Below are positions 12,247 through 23,756 of a DNA stretch of 64,000 nt, piece after piece. The notes beneath the pieces were generated by a model. It ran no database searches and was not told where the DNA came from. It saw nothing but the letters and a program-made list of their open reading frames with translations. Source of the DNA: Anolis carolinensis (lineage: Eukaryota); NCBI RefSeq assembly GCF_035594765.1, contig NC_085841.1:28751636-28815635 (forward strand). The letters run 5' to 3'. Positions within the stretch are counted from its first letter, which is position 1; each line of letters starts with the position of its first letter. Position numbers and translations under genes: made by a program.

Positions 12247-13468
12247 ATTTTTTTTTAACATGTCAGAAGCGAACCGAGGGTACAAGTTGAAATGTATTTG
12301 AAAACACAAAACAAATTTTAAAAAACTTGGCATTATACTAAATGTCCTTTGACCAGTAGCTGGCCACTTGGAGTTCCTCTGGTGTTGCTGTAAGAAGGTC
12401 CTCCACTGTGCATGTGGCAGGATCCAGGCTGCATTGTAGTAGGTGGTCTGTGGTCTGCTCTTCTCCACACTCGGATGTCGTGGACTCTACTTTGTGGCCC
12501 CATTTCTTAAGGTTGGCTCTGCATCTTGTGGTGCCAGAACGCAGTCTGTTCAGTGCTTTCCAAATCACTCAGTTTTCTGTGTGCCCAGGAGGGAGTCTCT
12601 CATCCGGTGTCAGCCACTGATTGAGTTTCCGGGATTTAGTCTGCCACTTTTGAACTCTCGCTTGCTGAGGTGTTCCTGCAAGTATCTCTGTAGATTTTAG
12701 AAAACTATTTCTTGATTTAAGTCATTGGCATGCTGGCTGATATCCAAACAGAGGATGGGCCTTGTCAATGCCTTGGTCCTTTCATTATTGGCTGCTACTT
12801 CCCAGCGGATGTCGGGTGGTGCAATGCCGGCTAAAAAGGATAATTTCTCTATTTGTGTGGGGTGTAGACCTCCTGTGATGATGCGGCATGTGTCATTAAG
12901 AGCAGCACCCACTGAGATGTATTCCCCACTGGACATGCGTATTCAGCAGCAGAGTAGCAAAGCGCAAGGGCAGATGTCTTAACTGTGTCTGGTTGTGATC
13001 CCCAGGTTGTGCCAGTCAGCTGTCATATTACCGTATTTTTCGCTTTATAGGACGCACCGGATGATAAGACGCGTCCAGGAACTAAGGGCAAAATGGGGCG
13101 ATGTGTGCCGTGCGCGCGCGCGCACGGCACACATCGCCCCATTCTCTCTGCCTGGACGCAGATCCAGATCTGCGTCCAGGCAGGGAGAATGGGCACATTG
13201 CGTTTATAAGACGCACTGACTTTTCCCCGCTATTTTTTGGGGGGAAAAAGTGCGTCTTATAAACCGAAAAATACGGTATATTATTTCTAGCACCCACTAT
13301 TTGCTTGATATCAAAGCAGTGCTTCTTGTAAGTCAGGCCACAGTCCAAGGTAATTCCCAGGTATTTTGATGTGCTACAATGCTCCAGTGGGATTTCTTCC
13401 CAAGTAATCCTCAGAGCCCGAGATGCTTGTCTGTTCTTAAGGTGAAAAGCACACATCTATGTTTTAGG
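12247..13468 (-). mobile_element. Vingi (Ingi-related) non-LTR retrotransposon, 5'-truncated and frameshifted
   Basis: ORF pieces KYLGITLD, LNDTCRIITG..LAGIAPPDIR, WKALNRLRSGTTRC..ECGEEQTTDHLLQC (CCHC-like C-terminus); A-tail at 12247-12256. Confidence 0.85.
13031..13276. mobile_element. Tc2/pogo-like MITE inserted in Vingi
   Basis: 27-bp TIRs CCGTATTTTTCG(C/G)TTTATA(G/A)GACGCAC with 2 mismatches; TA TSD at 13029-13030 and 13277-13278. Confidence 0.92.
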
Positions 13469-14677
13469 GGAGATGTGAGTATCACACAACAGAGCTAGTT
13501 ATGAAAAAGTTTTTTTTTTCTTTCAGCAAAAAGTGAAAGAAAAGCAATGTCAAACACACATGCCCACTCAGGAAAGACCTTTGTCTGGAAAAATCTAGCA
13601 TTTCGCCCTTGTCTTTGTTGCCATTGCTTAAATTTTAGACAGTTCTCCTCCTGAGTGTTTTTATTAAGTGATGGAATACCACTATGACACCCCCCTTAAT
13701 GCCAAATGAGTTTGTAATGATTTATGCATATTAGTAAAGAATACCAATGAAATTATAGACGGTGTTACCACAAAATCATGGAAACTGATGACAGCACAGT
13801 CTCTCAGAAGCCGAAGAAGTGGTTTTAGAGTAGACAAAGAAGAATTTGAGGTTTTCTATTGGGGGTAAATCAGAGAGCCCCTTTCAAATGCTAAATCAAA
13901 AGCTCACTTAATTCATCTTGTAGAGATTTTACATATTTTAAAAGGTATTATTTTTAAAGGAATTGTAAATCATAGTTACTTAACTAAATCCTGAAAATGC
14001 TAATATTTATGTTTTTTTCTTCTGAGCAGTAAAAGTCTATCTCATTCCAACCCTTCTCAGTATTTTATGGCTTCCTGCACTGAGTAGTCAAACGGCATTT
14101 GAGATCTGAGCAGAAAATTGAATAGGATGAAACTGATCAAAGCCAGCTTCAGAAAAGACCACCAAATATGGGTTATTTGTTGATGTAAGAGAATCAAATA
14201 CAGCATATGCATGCCAATAGGCTTACATAAAGCAAGATGTAAACCCAATAGTATTTCAGATAGCTTAGCAAATATATATTAGACTGAAGGATGATGCACT
14301 ACCAACATGGTTTGTGCTATTCCCAACATTATTTTGTCATTATTATTTATTGTTGCTACCATTATTTTAAAAGCAAAGATTAATGGTCTTTCATTTTCTC
14401 TGACAAATCAAACCAAAAAGGAGAATCATATTTGCAAGTCTATAGCAATGATTCATCTTTTTAAGTACTTCCAGAAACCGGGGCTTTGGGATATTTTTGA
14501 AGCTCTGGAATGACTTCTTATTTCCAGAAATTTCCACCCAACATCTGTCAATGGTATCCTGTGAGTTTCAAAGCTCATCTCAATAAAGTGGATGCTTTCT
14601 TAGGCTGCAAGAGCCAGCCCTATTTGGTTTCTCATTATGTATAAGTAAATGAGTTATTTTCATATGTAGTTGTCATT

Positions 14678-14858
14678 GTTGTGTGCCTTCAAATCCTTTC
14701 GAACTTACGGTGAGCATAAGGTGAACCTATCACAGGGATTTCTGGGATTGTGTGGCTTGCAAAGAATGACCCAGCAGGTTTTCATGGCAACACAGAGATT
14801 CAAATCCTAGTTTCCAGAATGGTAGTCCACCACTCAAACCACTACACTACACACTCTC
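14678..14858 (-). mobile_element. Old CORE/MIR-like SINE with RTE-type tail
   Basis: GTTGTGTGCCTTCAA tail on +; homologous to 15355-15582, 18192-18414, 48362-48535 and a partial copy at about 2075-2165. Confidence 0.7.
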
Positions 14859-14883
14859 GCTTTTAAAAAGTAAACTTTCCCAT

Positions 14884-15203
14884 AGGTAAAGGTAAAGGAT
14901 TTCCCCAGACATTAAGTCTAGTCGTGTCCAACTCTGGGGGTTGGTGCTCATCTCCATTTCTAAGCCAAAGAGCCACCATTGTCCATAGACACCTCCAAGG
15001 TCATGTGGCCGGCATGACTGTATGGAGCACTGTAACTTCCCACAATACCATCTATTGATCTACTCACATTTGCATATTTTCAAACTGCTAGGTTGGCAGA
15101 AGCTGGAACTAACAGCAGGAGCTCACCCCACTCCCTGGATTCAAAACACCGACTTTTTGATCAGCATGTTCAGCAGCTCAGCAGTTTAACCTGCTGTGCC
15201 ACC
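14884..15203 (-). mobile_element. Sauria SINE, full length
   Basis: Complete tail, body and head match to the other copies. Confidence 0.92.
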
Positions 15204-15354
15204 ATACTTTTTAAAAATTCAAATTCATCAAAAACATTAAAATAGTGAGCAGGTCTATAAAGGAAAATAAAGCATAATTACGATTATGCTATCAAACAAG
15301 TGAAATCACTCTTCATTCTCATACAATTATAATATAATCCAGTTATTATGCTTT

Positions 15355-15582
15355 GTTGCTGTAGCTGTGTGTCTTCAAGTCATTTTCAATGCATAGAAGC
15401 CCTAAGGTGAACATATCATAGGAATTTCTTGAGAAGAATGGTTCAATGGGGTTTTGCTATTACCTTTTTGCGAAGCTGCCAGAGTATGACTTGCCCAAGA
15501 ACACCCAATGCATTTCCATGGCAAAACAAGCATTAAAACAGGGTCCTAGTACAACACCCAATCCATTAGACCGCATTGGCTC
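15355..15582 (-). mobile_element. Old CORE/MIR-like SINE
   Basis: TGACTTGCCCAAG CORE-like motif; same tail as the 14678 copy. Confidence 0.68.
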
Positions 15583-17564
15583 TAAAAGTTTTGGTTCAGT
15601 TTTTCCCAAAGGGAAATAGTTATGAATAAGCTCTTATGGCTTGCAAACCCAAGTTTAAGTATCAGACAATTCCATAATTAAGACCAAGTTTAATATTTGA
15701 ACTTTTGGTAATAATACTATATTAATTTGATTCAATCTTGTCAAGGAAGCCCTAGGAAAGGTTTACTGTAAATTGGAGTCAACTTGAAGTTACATAATAA
15801 CAATTAAACAAAACCCTTTTGTGGATGTTATGATTACCAATTGAACTTGAATTAACAGTTGTGAATCATTCTCATTATTATATTACAAAATGAATACTCC
15901 TTCCATACCCAACCTGGTTTTGTACCCAGGTTTGCTTTGCTCAGTTTGGACACCTTCCTGCAAGATCACACATATTTCAGGAAAATGTAATATGGTAATG
16001 GGAAAAATATGTTTAAATTGTTGAAATAAATATGTTTCTCAAGAGTCAAGAAATGCAGACAAGAAGCATCCTAGATTCTTTAGAAGCTTCACAGTTTATT
16101 GTATGCAAAATTGTACACAAAATTCACGTGATCCTGTTTTGCACAGAAAATAGAATTTCTCTGTGCAGAAATATTTTCAGTATGGAAATACCTTTTTCTG
16201 TGCAGAAAATACAATTTATATTTGCAAAACAATCACATATGAATTTTGCATAGAATAAGCTTTGAACTGTGAATTGTTTTTGAAAATATCAAAGGTTTTG
16301 AAAACCTGCTCACAGTGAAAAAAATATTAAATTGACTCACTGCTTTTGTTGAAAAGAAAATGAGCTAAGAATTGTTTCTTTAGATATTATTTTCACCTAT
16401 GCAAGTCCTGTTAGATATTCCTTCATTGGGCAAGAAAGGAGAAGTTATTTTAATTTACACGAGGTTCTTCTCTTCTGACCATCACTCTGCAGATGTGAAG
16501 AGCTACAGGGGACTGTGGTAATGAAAAAATCTGGCTGCAAGTCAGATTCCAATGAAAAGAAAAATCCTGAAGGAAATACTTTTCGTGATAGTGCTGACAG
16601 CATATTTCTCTGAACAGAGTTAATGCAATACTGTTGTAAAAAGGAACTTGCTGAATTGCTGCACATGGCTGGAGCAAGTTTGGCTTGATCAAATAGGAAG
16701 GTTCTTTTAATAATGCACATCAAAAGGAGCCACCTCATCAATTAATCATTCACTTCCTCCATATTAAATTCTCAACATTTCTGCTGTCTAGCAATATTTC
16801 CAGCAGAAAATGTATTCATTTATTCTAGAATAGGCAAAGATATCTGGTTTCTTTATAACCTTTCCCTCCCAACATCAAGTTGCAGTAATCCAAGGATTCC
16901 AGAAGAATGATGTATCGATCATGTGATCAACTTTCATCACAACCACTGTTATACAGAATTAAAGTTGTCTAAAGAATGAAGATCATGGCCACTAGCCTAT
17001 CTCACAGAATACAGAGTGTAACACTCCACAAATATAGCTCATGTTGCTCCCTTTCCCAGATAGCATTTACAAACATAGGGAATGCTGACCTCACATGTGG
17101 GAAGTGACTGGACGGCACCTGGAAGAACAAAACTAAAATTGCATTCCTGGATCTTCAGCCATCCAGGAAAGCAACCGTAATTCTTCCACTCCTCTCCATC
17201 TGCCAGTCAGTTAATGCTCATGAAATCTCCACCTCAGAACTTGGAAGCTGCTTGGGGGTGGGGTGTCTGGGCACTGGTGAACGTGAATTCCTCCTTGCAC
17301 AACATCCCAAAACCTACCAATTTTCCTATGTTTGAGTGAGCAAGTGTCCCAGGAATCAAGTTGTTAAAATATACCTGAGTACTTAATTCAATCCAGGTCA
17401 GTCAGGTGTTATGCAGCAGGATGAATGGAGAAGCAAGTGAGTGGTCATCAGGTAGTCTAGAAGTCATTCAGCAAGATAAACAAATTGTAGTCAGTCCAAG
17501 GTCAGGAAAACATGAATACCAAATGGAACTGCTAGGTGTCAAGAAAGAGGATTGGAAGTTACAT

Positions 17565-17737
17565 ATTTATTTATTTATACTATATTTCTACCCTGCTCTA
17601 TCTCACCCCGAAGGAGACTTGGAGCGGTTTCTAATTTTGGCAATTATTCAATGCCACAATTACACAAAGAACAACAACATATAACACAATTAAACTGTCA
17701 AAATCAAATAACATATAAATACAATTAAAACAAACAT
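17565..17737 (-). mobile_element. L2-type 3' tail fragment
   Basis: (TTTA)n then TCTCACCCCGAAGGAGACTTGGAGCGG. Confidence 0.68.
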
Positions 17738-17891
17738 TTGCATATTTCACCAATGGAATTCTAGCTCATGTGTTCCAAATATGCTTTACCCCTTCACTTT
17801 GCTCACTGCTCAGCAGTCATTCCCACCATCCAGTAATCCTTACCACCTGCCCAATGTATCATGGTCAAAAAATAGCTACAGTTCTGGAGTG

Positions 17892-18160
17892 ATTTATTTA
17901 TTTATTTATTTCTGGCATTTATACCCCGCCCTTCTCACCCGCGGGGACTCAGGGCGGCTTACAACAGTTGGCAACATTTAATGCCAAGAACATAATAATA
18001 AAACAAAAACAGTACATGTCATCAATTAAAACTATAAAATACATCATTAAAATACATTATAACATGTAAAACATATGTAAATTAGATCCATTTGTCTAAA
18101 AACCTCCTGCTTCAGCCTTCAATCCGACCATGTCAACGTGATGTATTCAATAAGATCTTG
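17892..18160 (-). mobile_element. L2-type 3' tail fragment
   Basis: (TTTA)n then CCCGCCCTTCTCACCCGCGGGGACTCAGGGCGGCTTACA. Confidence 0.75.
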
Positions 18161-18191
18161 AATAGCAAAAAAATACTATGTGCCTTTTCAT

Positions 18192-18414
18192 GTTGCTGCT
18201 GTTGTGTGCCTTCAAGTCACTTCTGACTTACGATGACCTACCCCAGGGTTTCTTGGCAAGACTGTTTCAGAAGGAGTTTGCCTTTGACTTCCTCTGAGGC
18301 TGAGGGAATGTGACTTGAATAAGGTTGTCCAATGGGTTTCCATGGCTGAATAGAGATTCAAACTGTTCTCCAGAATCCCAGTCCAAGGTTCATACCACTA
18401 CAGACCACTGGCTC
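18192..18414 (-). mobile_element. Old CORE/MIR-like SINE
   Basis: GTTGTGTGCCTTCAAGTC tail; CTGAGGCTGAGGGAATGTGACTTG CORE-like block. Confidence 0.7.
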
Positions 18415-18802
18415 TTGCATCTCTATAAGTATAATGAATAATTTATTCACCTACATTTTATATCATTGGAGAAAAATCTCCATTCCATGAGGCAAATGTG
18501 GCCTGTGAAAGGCCTTACAAAGGCCTGAGTGGTGGCCTTCTTATCCCTGAAGCCCTGTCTTCTATCCAATTCTCCTCCCAGAGAACAGGGAGGTTCCCCT
18601 CATGCATCCCCTCATGAACGGGGAGAAACCATTCTTATTTTTCCTCTTAGATGGGTGATTGATAGAGGGATTCAGCCTTTCCAGTAGAAAATGGCACCTT
18701 ATATAAATAAGGAGTAGTAACTATGCAGGCTATCAAATTATCCTCTGGAGAGTCCTACTGCTGTAGTTTAATGAAGTTCAGAAAAGTATTCTGAGTACTT
18801 AA

Positions 18803-18935
18803 GGTAAAGGTATTCCCCTGACATTAAGTCTAGTCGTGTCCAACTCTGGGGGTTAGTGCTCATCTCCATTTCTAAGCCGAAGAGCTGGCATTGTCCATAG
18901 ACACCTCAAAGGTTATGTGGCCAGCATGACTGCAT
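18803..18935 (-). mobile_element. 5'-truncated Sauria SINE
   Basis: 13-bp TSD TCTGAGTACTTAA at 18790-18802 and 18942-18954. Confidence 0.9.
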
Positions 18936-19572
18936 ACTGAGTCTGAGTACTTAACCAAACTACAAATCCAAGGATGGAGCTATGGCATCAAACTGGCATG
19001 ATTATTAAATGTACATTATGTAGGCTATTTACATATATATCTGTATCTATGTACTTTCTACATAAGCCAGTTCTGCGAAGTTGAAGAAAAAATATTTCAA
19101 ACAATCAGGCTGGCATTCATTGATTGATTAATCCAGGAAGAAAAACTCTAGATGAAGATTTATACATATTTCTTCATAGGGGCTAAGTAACCCAAATGAA
19201 TTTGTTCGGATTTTCTCTCCTGCTACAACCCCCCCCTGCCCTCTCTTCTATCAATAGTTACATTCAGTGCTGTTTTCCCTTTGAGCATTTAGAAATAATT
19301 TAAGGTTGATTTATTCCACCTACCATATAAATGTTAAGAGGTTTTGTTTTAATATTGGGCTTTTACTGTGCATTATGTCATTATGACATATGAGTACAGC
19401 TCATATAGGAGTCTGTCTGATACCAAGGCCAGTGTAATAACAGAAACAAAAATATTCTTGAAAGGAAATAAATGAGAACATATAAAAACGTCTCCAACAT
19501 CCGTGTTTTTAAAAGATATCTCTGAAAAGGGCAAAATATTCCTCTTTGGGGAAGGAGTGCTGGGTTGGGATG

Positions 19573-19858
19573 TAGGAGCTCAAAATGTAAGACATTTAGC
19601 TTTTCCAGGAAACTTTACTTATATTTTCCATTATATTTTTCACTGTACAATTCAATTCCTTGAACTATTATACCAACAAAGAAGAATTGGGAAATACAAA
19701 TCTGTCCATTAGCTATAATGGGACCCATTATTCCCTGATGTTTACATGATTTGACTTACATAATATAGTAGTTCAAGGAATTGAACTGTACATTGGAAAA
19801 TATAGTAGAAAATATAAATAAAATTTCCTGGAAATTTTTTAAGTTACATTTGGATCTA
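19573..19858. repeat. AT-rich fold-back (MITE-like) element, unclassified
   Basis: Inverted arms 19603-19672 and 19764-19833 (about 70 bp), extending imperfectly outward. Confidence 0.75.
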
Positions 19859-20091
19859 AGATTGCTTCTAATGCAATCTTAGAACAGGGTCAGCAAAGTA
19901 CAACTTGTGGTCCTCCTATAGCTGTTGGAACTGATTTTTCTGTTCCTGGAGAAGTACAGCACCTCTAAGCTCTCCAAACCCCAATTTAAACTGCCAGGAT
20001 TCTGGGGCATATTTGACCCAAAATCATACAAAATAGTATTACCAAAGTGAAAACTTAGAGATGACTCTTGTAATTTTAATTGTTGTTCAAA

Positions 20092-20295
20092 GGGATCTTG
20101 TAGCACCTTTGAGACTAACTGGAAGAAAGAAGTTGGTGACATAAACACTTGGAGATAAGTCTACTTCATCAGATGTGTCTTGTCTACAAAAAAAGTAGAC
20201 TTGTCTACAAAATCTTATGCGACCAACTACTTTCTCTCAGTGTCAAAGGTGTTAGAAGATCCCATTACATACTGATCCAGACTAACACAGCCATG
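20092..20295. mobile_element. Penelope-like element fragment with inverted terminal duplication
   Basis: GGGATCTTGTAGCACCTTTGAGAC inverted against GTGTCAAAGGTGTTAGAAGATCCC; CTGATGAAGTAGAC hammerhead-like core on minus strand. Confidence 0.7.
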
Positions 20296-20340
20296 TCTTG
20301 GAATTCTACCACGTTTAATAGTTGTGTAAAAGAGAGGATT

Positions 20341-22108
20341 GAAGCATTGCTAATAACAAGGCAGCAGGAGACGACGGGATCCCAGCTGAACTGTTTAAAA
20401 TCTTGAAAGATGATGCTATCAAGATGATGCATGCCATGAAAGAAAGTGAAGGCCTGGCTATGTGAGCAAGCATTTAAAGAATAAGTTTTGTTGGCTTTGA
20501 CTCTGTCTGGACTAAGGTTTATGTACAAGGTTTTTGTGGATGAATGGCTCAAGTATTTTGTATTGTTTTAAATCTGTATTTTAATTGCTTATGTTTTTAT
20601 TCTTTTGTATTGTTGTGTATTGGCATCGAATTCTGCCAGTTTTGTAAGCTGCCCTGAATTCCTTCGGGTGAGAAGGGCGGGATAGAAATGATAGAAATAA
20701 ATAAATAAATAAATAAATATGCCAGCAAATATGGAAAACACAAGAATGGCCACCAGATTGGAAGAAGTCGATTTATATCTCCATACCAAAAAAGGGAAAC
20801 GCTAAAGAATGCTCAAACTTTCATACAGTGGCACTTATTTCACATGGTAGTAAAGTACTCCTCAAGATCCTACAAGACTCCAGCAATACATGGAACAAGA
20901 GTCACCAGATGTACAACTTGGGTTTAGAAAAGGCAGAGAAATGAGAGACCAAATTGCCAATATCCACTGGATAATGGAGGAAGGCAGGGAGTTTCAGAAA
21001 ACATCTATTTCTGTTTTATTGACTATTCTAAAGCCTTTGTCTGTGTGGATCATAATAAATTGTGAAAAATTCTTGGTGGTATGGGGATACCAAGTCACCT
21101 TATCTGTCTCCTGAGGAATCTGTATAACAACCAAGTAGCAACAGTAAGAACAGACCATGGAACAAGAGGCTAGTTCAAGATTGGGAAAGGAGTACACCAG
21201 GGCTGTATCCTCTCACCCTACCTATTCAGCTTGTACGCAGAACACATCATATGATGTTCGGGGCTTGATGAATCCAAGGCTGGAGTTAAAATTGCTGGAA
21301 AAAACATTACCAATCTTAGATATGCAGATGATACAACTTTGATGGCTGAAAGCGAGGAGGAGCTGAGGAGCCTTATAACCAAGGTGAAAGAAGAAAGTAC
21401 AAAAGCTGGGTTGCAATTAAACATCAAGAAAACCAAGATTATGGCAACCAGACCGATTGACAACTGGCAAAGAGAGGGAGAAAATGTGGAGGCAGTGACA
21501 GACTGTATTTCTAGGTGCAAAGATTACTGCAGACGCAGACTGCAGCCAGGAAATTAGAAGATGTTTACTTCTTGGGAGGAGAGCAATGGCCAACCTCGAT
21601 AAAATAGTGAAGAGCAGAGACATCACATTGGCAACGAAGGTCGGCATAGTTAAAGCAATGGTATTCCCCGTAGTAACCTATGGATATGAGAACTGGACAG
21701 GAAGGCTGAGGGAAGGAAGAAAGATGCTTTTGAACTCTGGTGTTGGAGGAAAATTCTGAGAGTGCCTTGGACCGCAAGAAGATCCAATCAGTCCATACTG
21801 ATTGATGAAATAATGCAACAAATAATGCCCGGCTGCTCACTGGAGGGAAAGATATTAGAGGCAAAGATGAAGTACTTTGGCCACATCATGAGAAGACAGG
21901 AAAGCTTAGAGAAGAGAATGATGCTGGGGAAAATGGAAGGAAATAGGAAGAGGGGTCAACCAAGGGCAAGATGGATGGATGGTATCCTTGAAGTGAATTG
22001 CTTGGTCTTGAAGGATCTGGGGGCAGCAACAGGCGACAAGGAGCTCTGGTGTGGGCTGGTCCATGAGGTCACGAAGAGTCAGAAACGACTGAACAAATAA
22101 ACAACAAC
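20341..22108 (+). mobile_element. Bov-B (RTE) LINE, 5'-truncated, decayed RT
   Basis: NNKAAGDDGIPAELFK, LRYADDT, MPWTARRSNQS, YFGHIMRR; (CAA)n tail; 13-bp TSD AAAAGAGAGGATT at 20328-20340 and 22109-22121. Confidence 0.95.
20438..20718 (+). mobile_element. L2 3' end nested in Bov-B
   Basis: Removing it restores CATGCCAT|ATGCCAGCAA (HAICQQ); L2 tail plus (TAAA)n. Confidence 0.88.
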
Positions 22109-23713
22109 AAAAGAGAGGATTTCAGCAAGTATTGTTTGCCATGCAACCAGGTAACAAGTCCTGAAATCCCATTTTCTATACACTCATTAAAGTTATCAAA
22201 GCCCTCTCTAGTTTTCACTCTGGTGAACCTAAAACACACAAATATGCCAGTGTCCTGTGTGTCTTCCAGTTGCAGAGCACAGGCAAAGTGAAGGCACACA
22301 TACACACAATTGAAGATGTTTTTGATGAAAATTCTTGATACCCATGGCTCTTTAATATGAATTCAGGACTGCACCCCACATAGATTTCTATACTTTATTA
22401 GACTGGACCCTGGAAATGAACGAAATCAATAAATATTGTATATTCTGATGAGTTTTTTTCTGTTCTTTCTATTTTCATGTTTTATGATTTCATTTGGTCT
22501 GTTCTTTGCTATACATCTCTGCTTTCCTTTGTATCTTGTAGTTTTTTGCTAATTTAACAAAAATATTTTTGACATACAAGGACTAGACACAGAAAGAGAG
22601 ACTGCCATCTTTCTTTCCCAAACTAACTACCTTACATGATTATTTTGTCTTGAACCCACAATAGTGTCTGGGAACTCTGCAATCTATAGTACTAAAAAAT
22701 AACATTTATGAGCACTGATCTGAGAACACCTAAGAAGTTCAGCACCAGGGTCATTGATGAATCAGCAAACTGAATTGGCTAAAAAAAATTAAAGGAAAAC
22801 AAAGGCCTAAATTAATAGCTCCAATTAAACACATTGATTATTTCCACATTAAGATTCTCTCCCCAAAAACAGTTTGCTCTCATTAAGCTGTATTTCCAAG
22901 AAAGCTTTTCTAGAACTACTGGAATTAAGTCCAACCCCTTCCCATGGACTATTTCTTTTTAATGGCCTCTGATCAGTATACAATCTTGAATAATTCCTGC
23001 AATTAGAGAGGCTCATTTTCAGGGACTGAAATGCTAACAGTTTGGAATTAGTTTTTATGGACTGGAGCTTTTAATTTAAGATTTAAAAAACGTAATAGTT
23101 CACCAAAAAGCAAATAAAGTGGAGCTAATGAAATTCACAGAAGTAAAGTACCCACTTCTCACTAGCTTTCTTGGGTGATTTATTGACAGCTGGTTGTAAA
23201 AACAATTTTATTAAAGGTCATAATGTTTGGAGGATTTTTTTAACAAAAAAGCCCACCCCACTTAATTTATAGTATAATTAGCCTTCTTGCAGTAGGCATG
23301 ATGCCAGACCCATCACTTATGGCTTTGAAATGAACACTTGGTGTTTTTAATTATATCTTTAAGAATGTGTTCAAAGACAAGATTCCGGCAGGGTGGTGTT
23401 ATTTTTCTCTTTATGACTATTTTATTGATGTGAAAAAAATCATAAAAACAAAACAAAACATTACATTTTGACTTGCACTGATTGATATCTCGTAATTAAA
23501 TGAAAGTGCCTAATGGATGGAAAAGTTATAAATAACTGGTAATAACACAGAGACAGAGGCATCTCTTTGAAAGCAACAGTTCACGCTTCACACTTGCGCT
23601 AGCAGAAGTTCAGGCTCAAAAACTTCGGGGAGCTTGCCCACGAGTTGTTTCATGTTTCTTGTGGTTGCCTGGATTATTTGTGTTTGTGTGGGGGTACTTA
23701 AAGTTTACACCAT

Positions 23714-23716
<3 letters not shown>

Positions 23717-23754
<38 letters not shown>
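23717..23754. repeat. (CA)n microsatellite
   Basis: Directly visible. Confidence 0.95.

Positions 23755-23756
<2 letters not shown>

Noticed and set aside
13092-13193. Parvoviral/AAV-like inverted terminal repeat
   Set aside because: Bounded by TA-flanked Tc2-like TIRs; no rep/cap remnants nearby.
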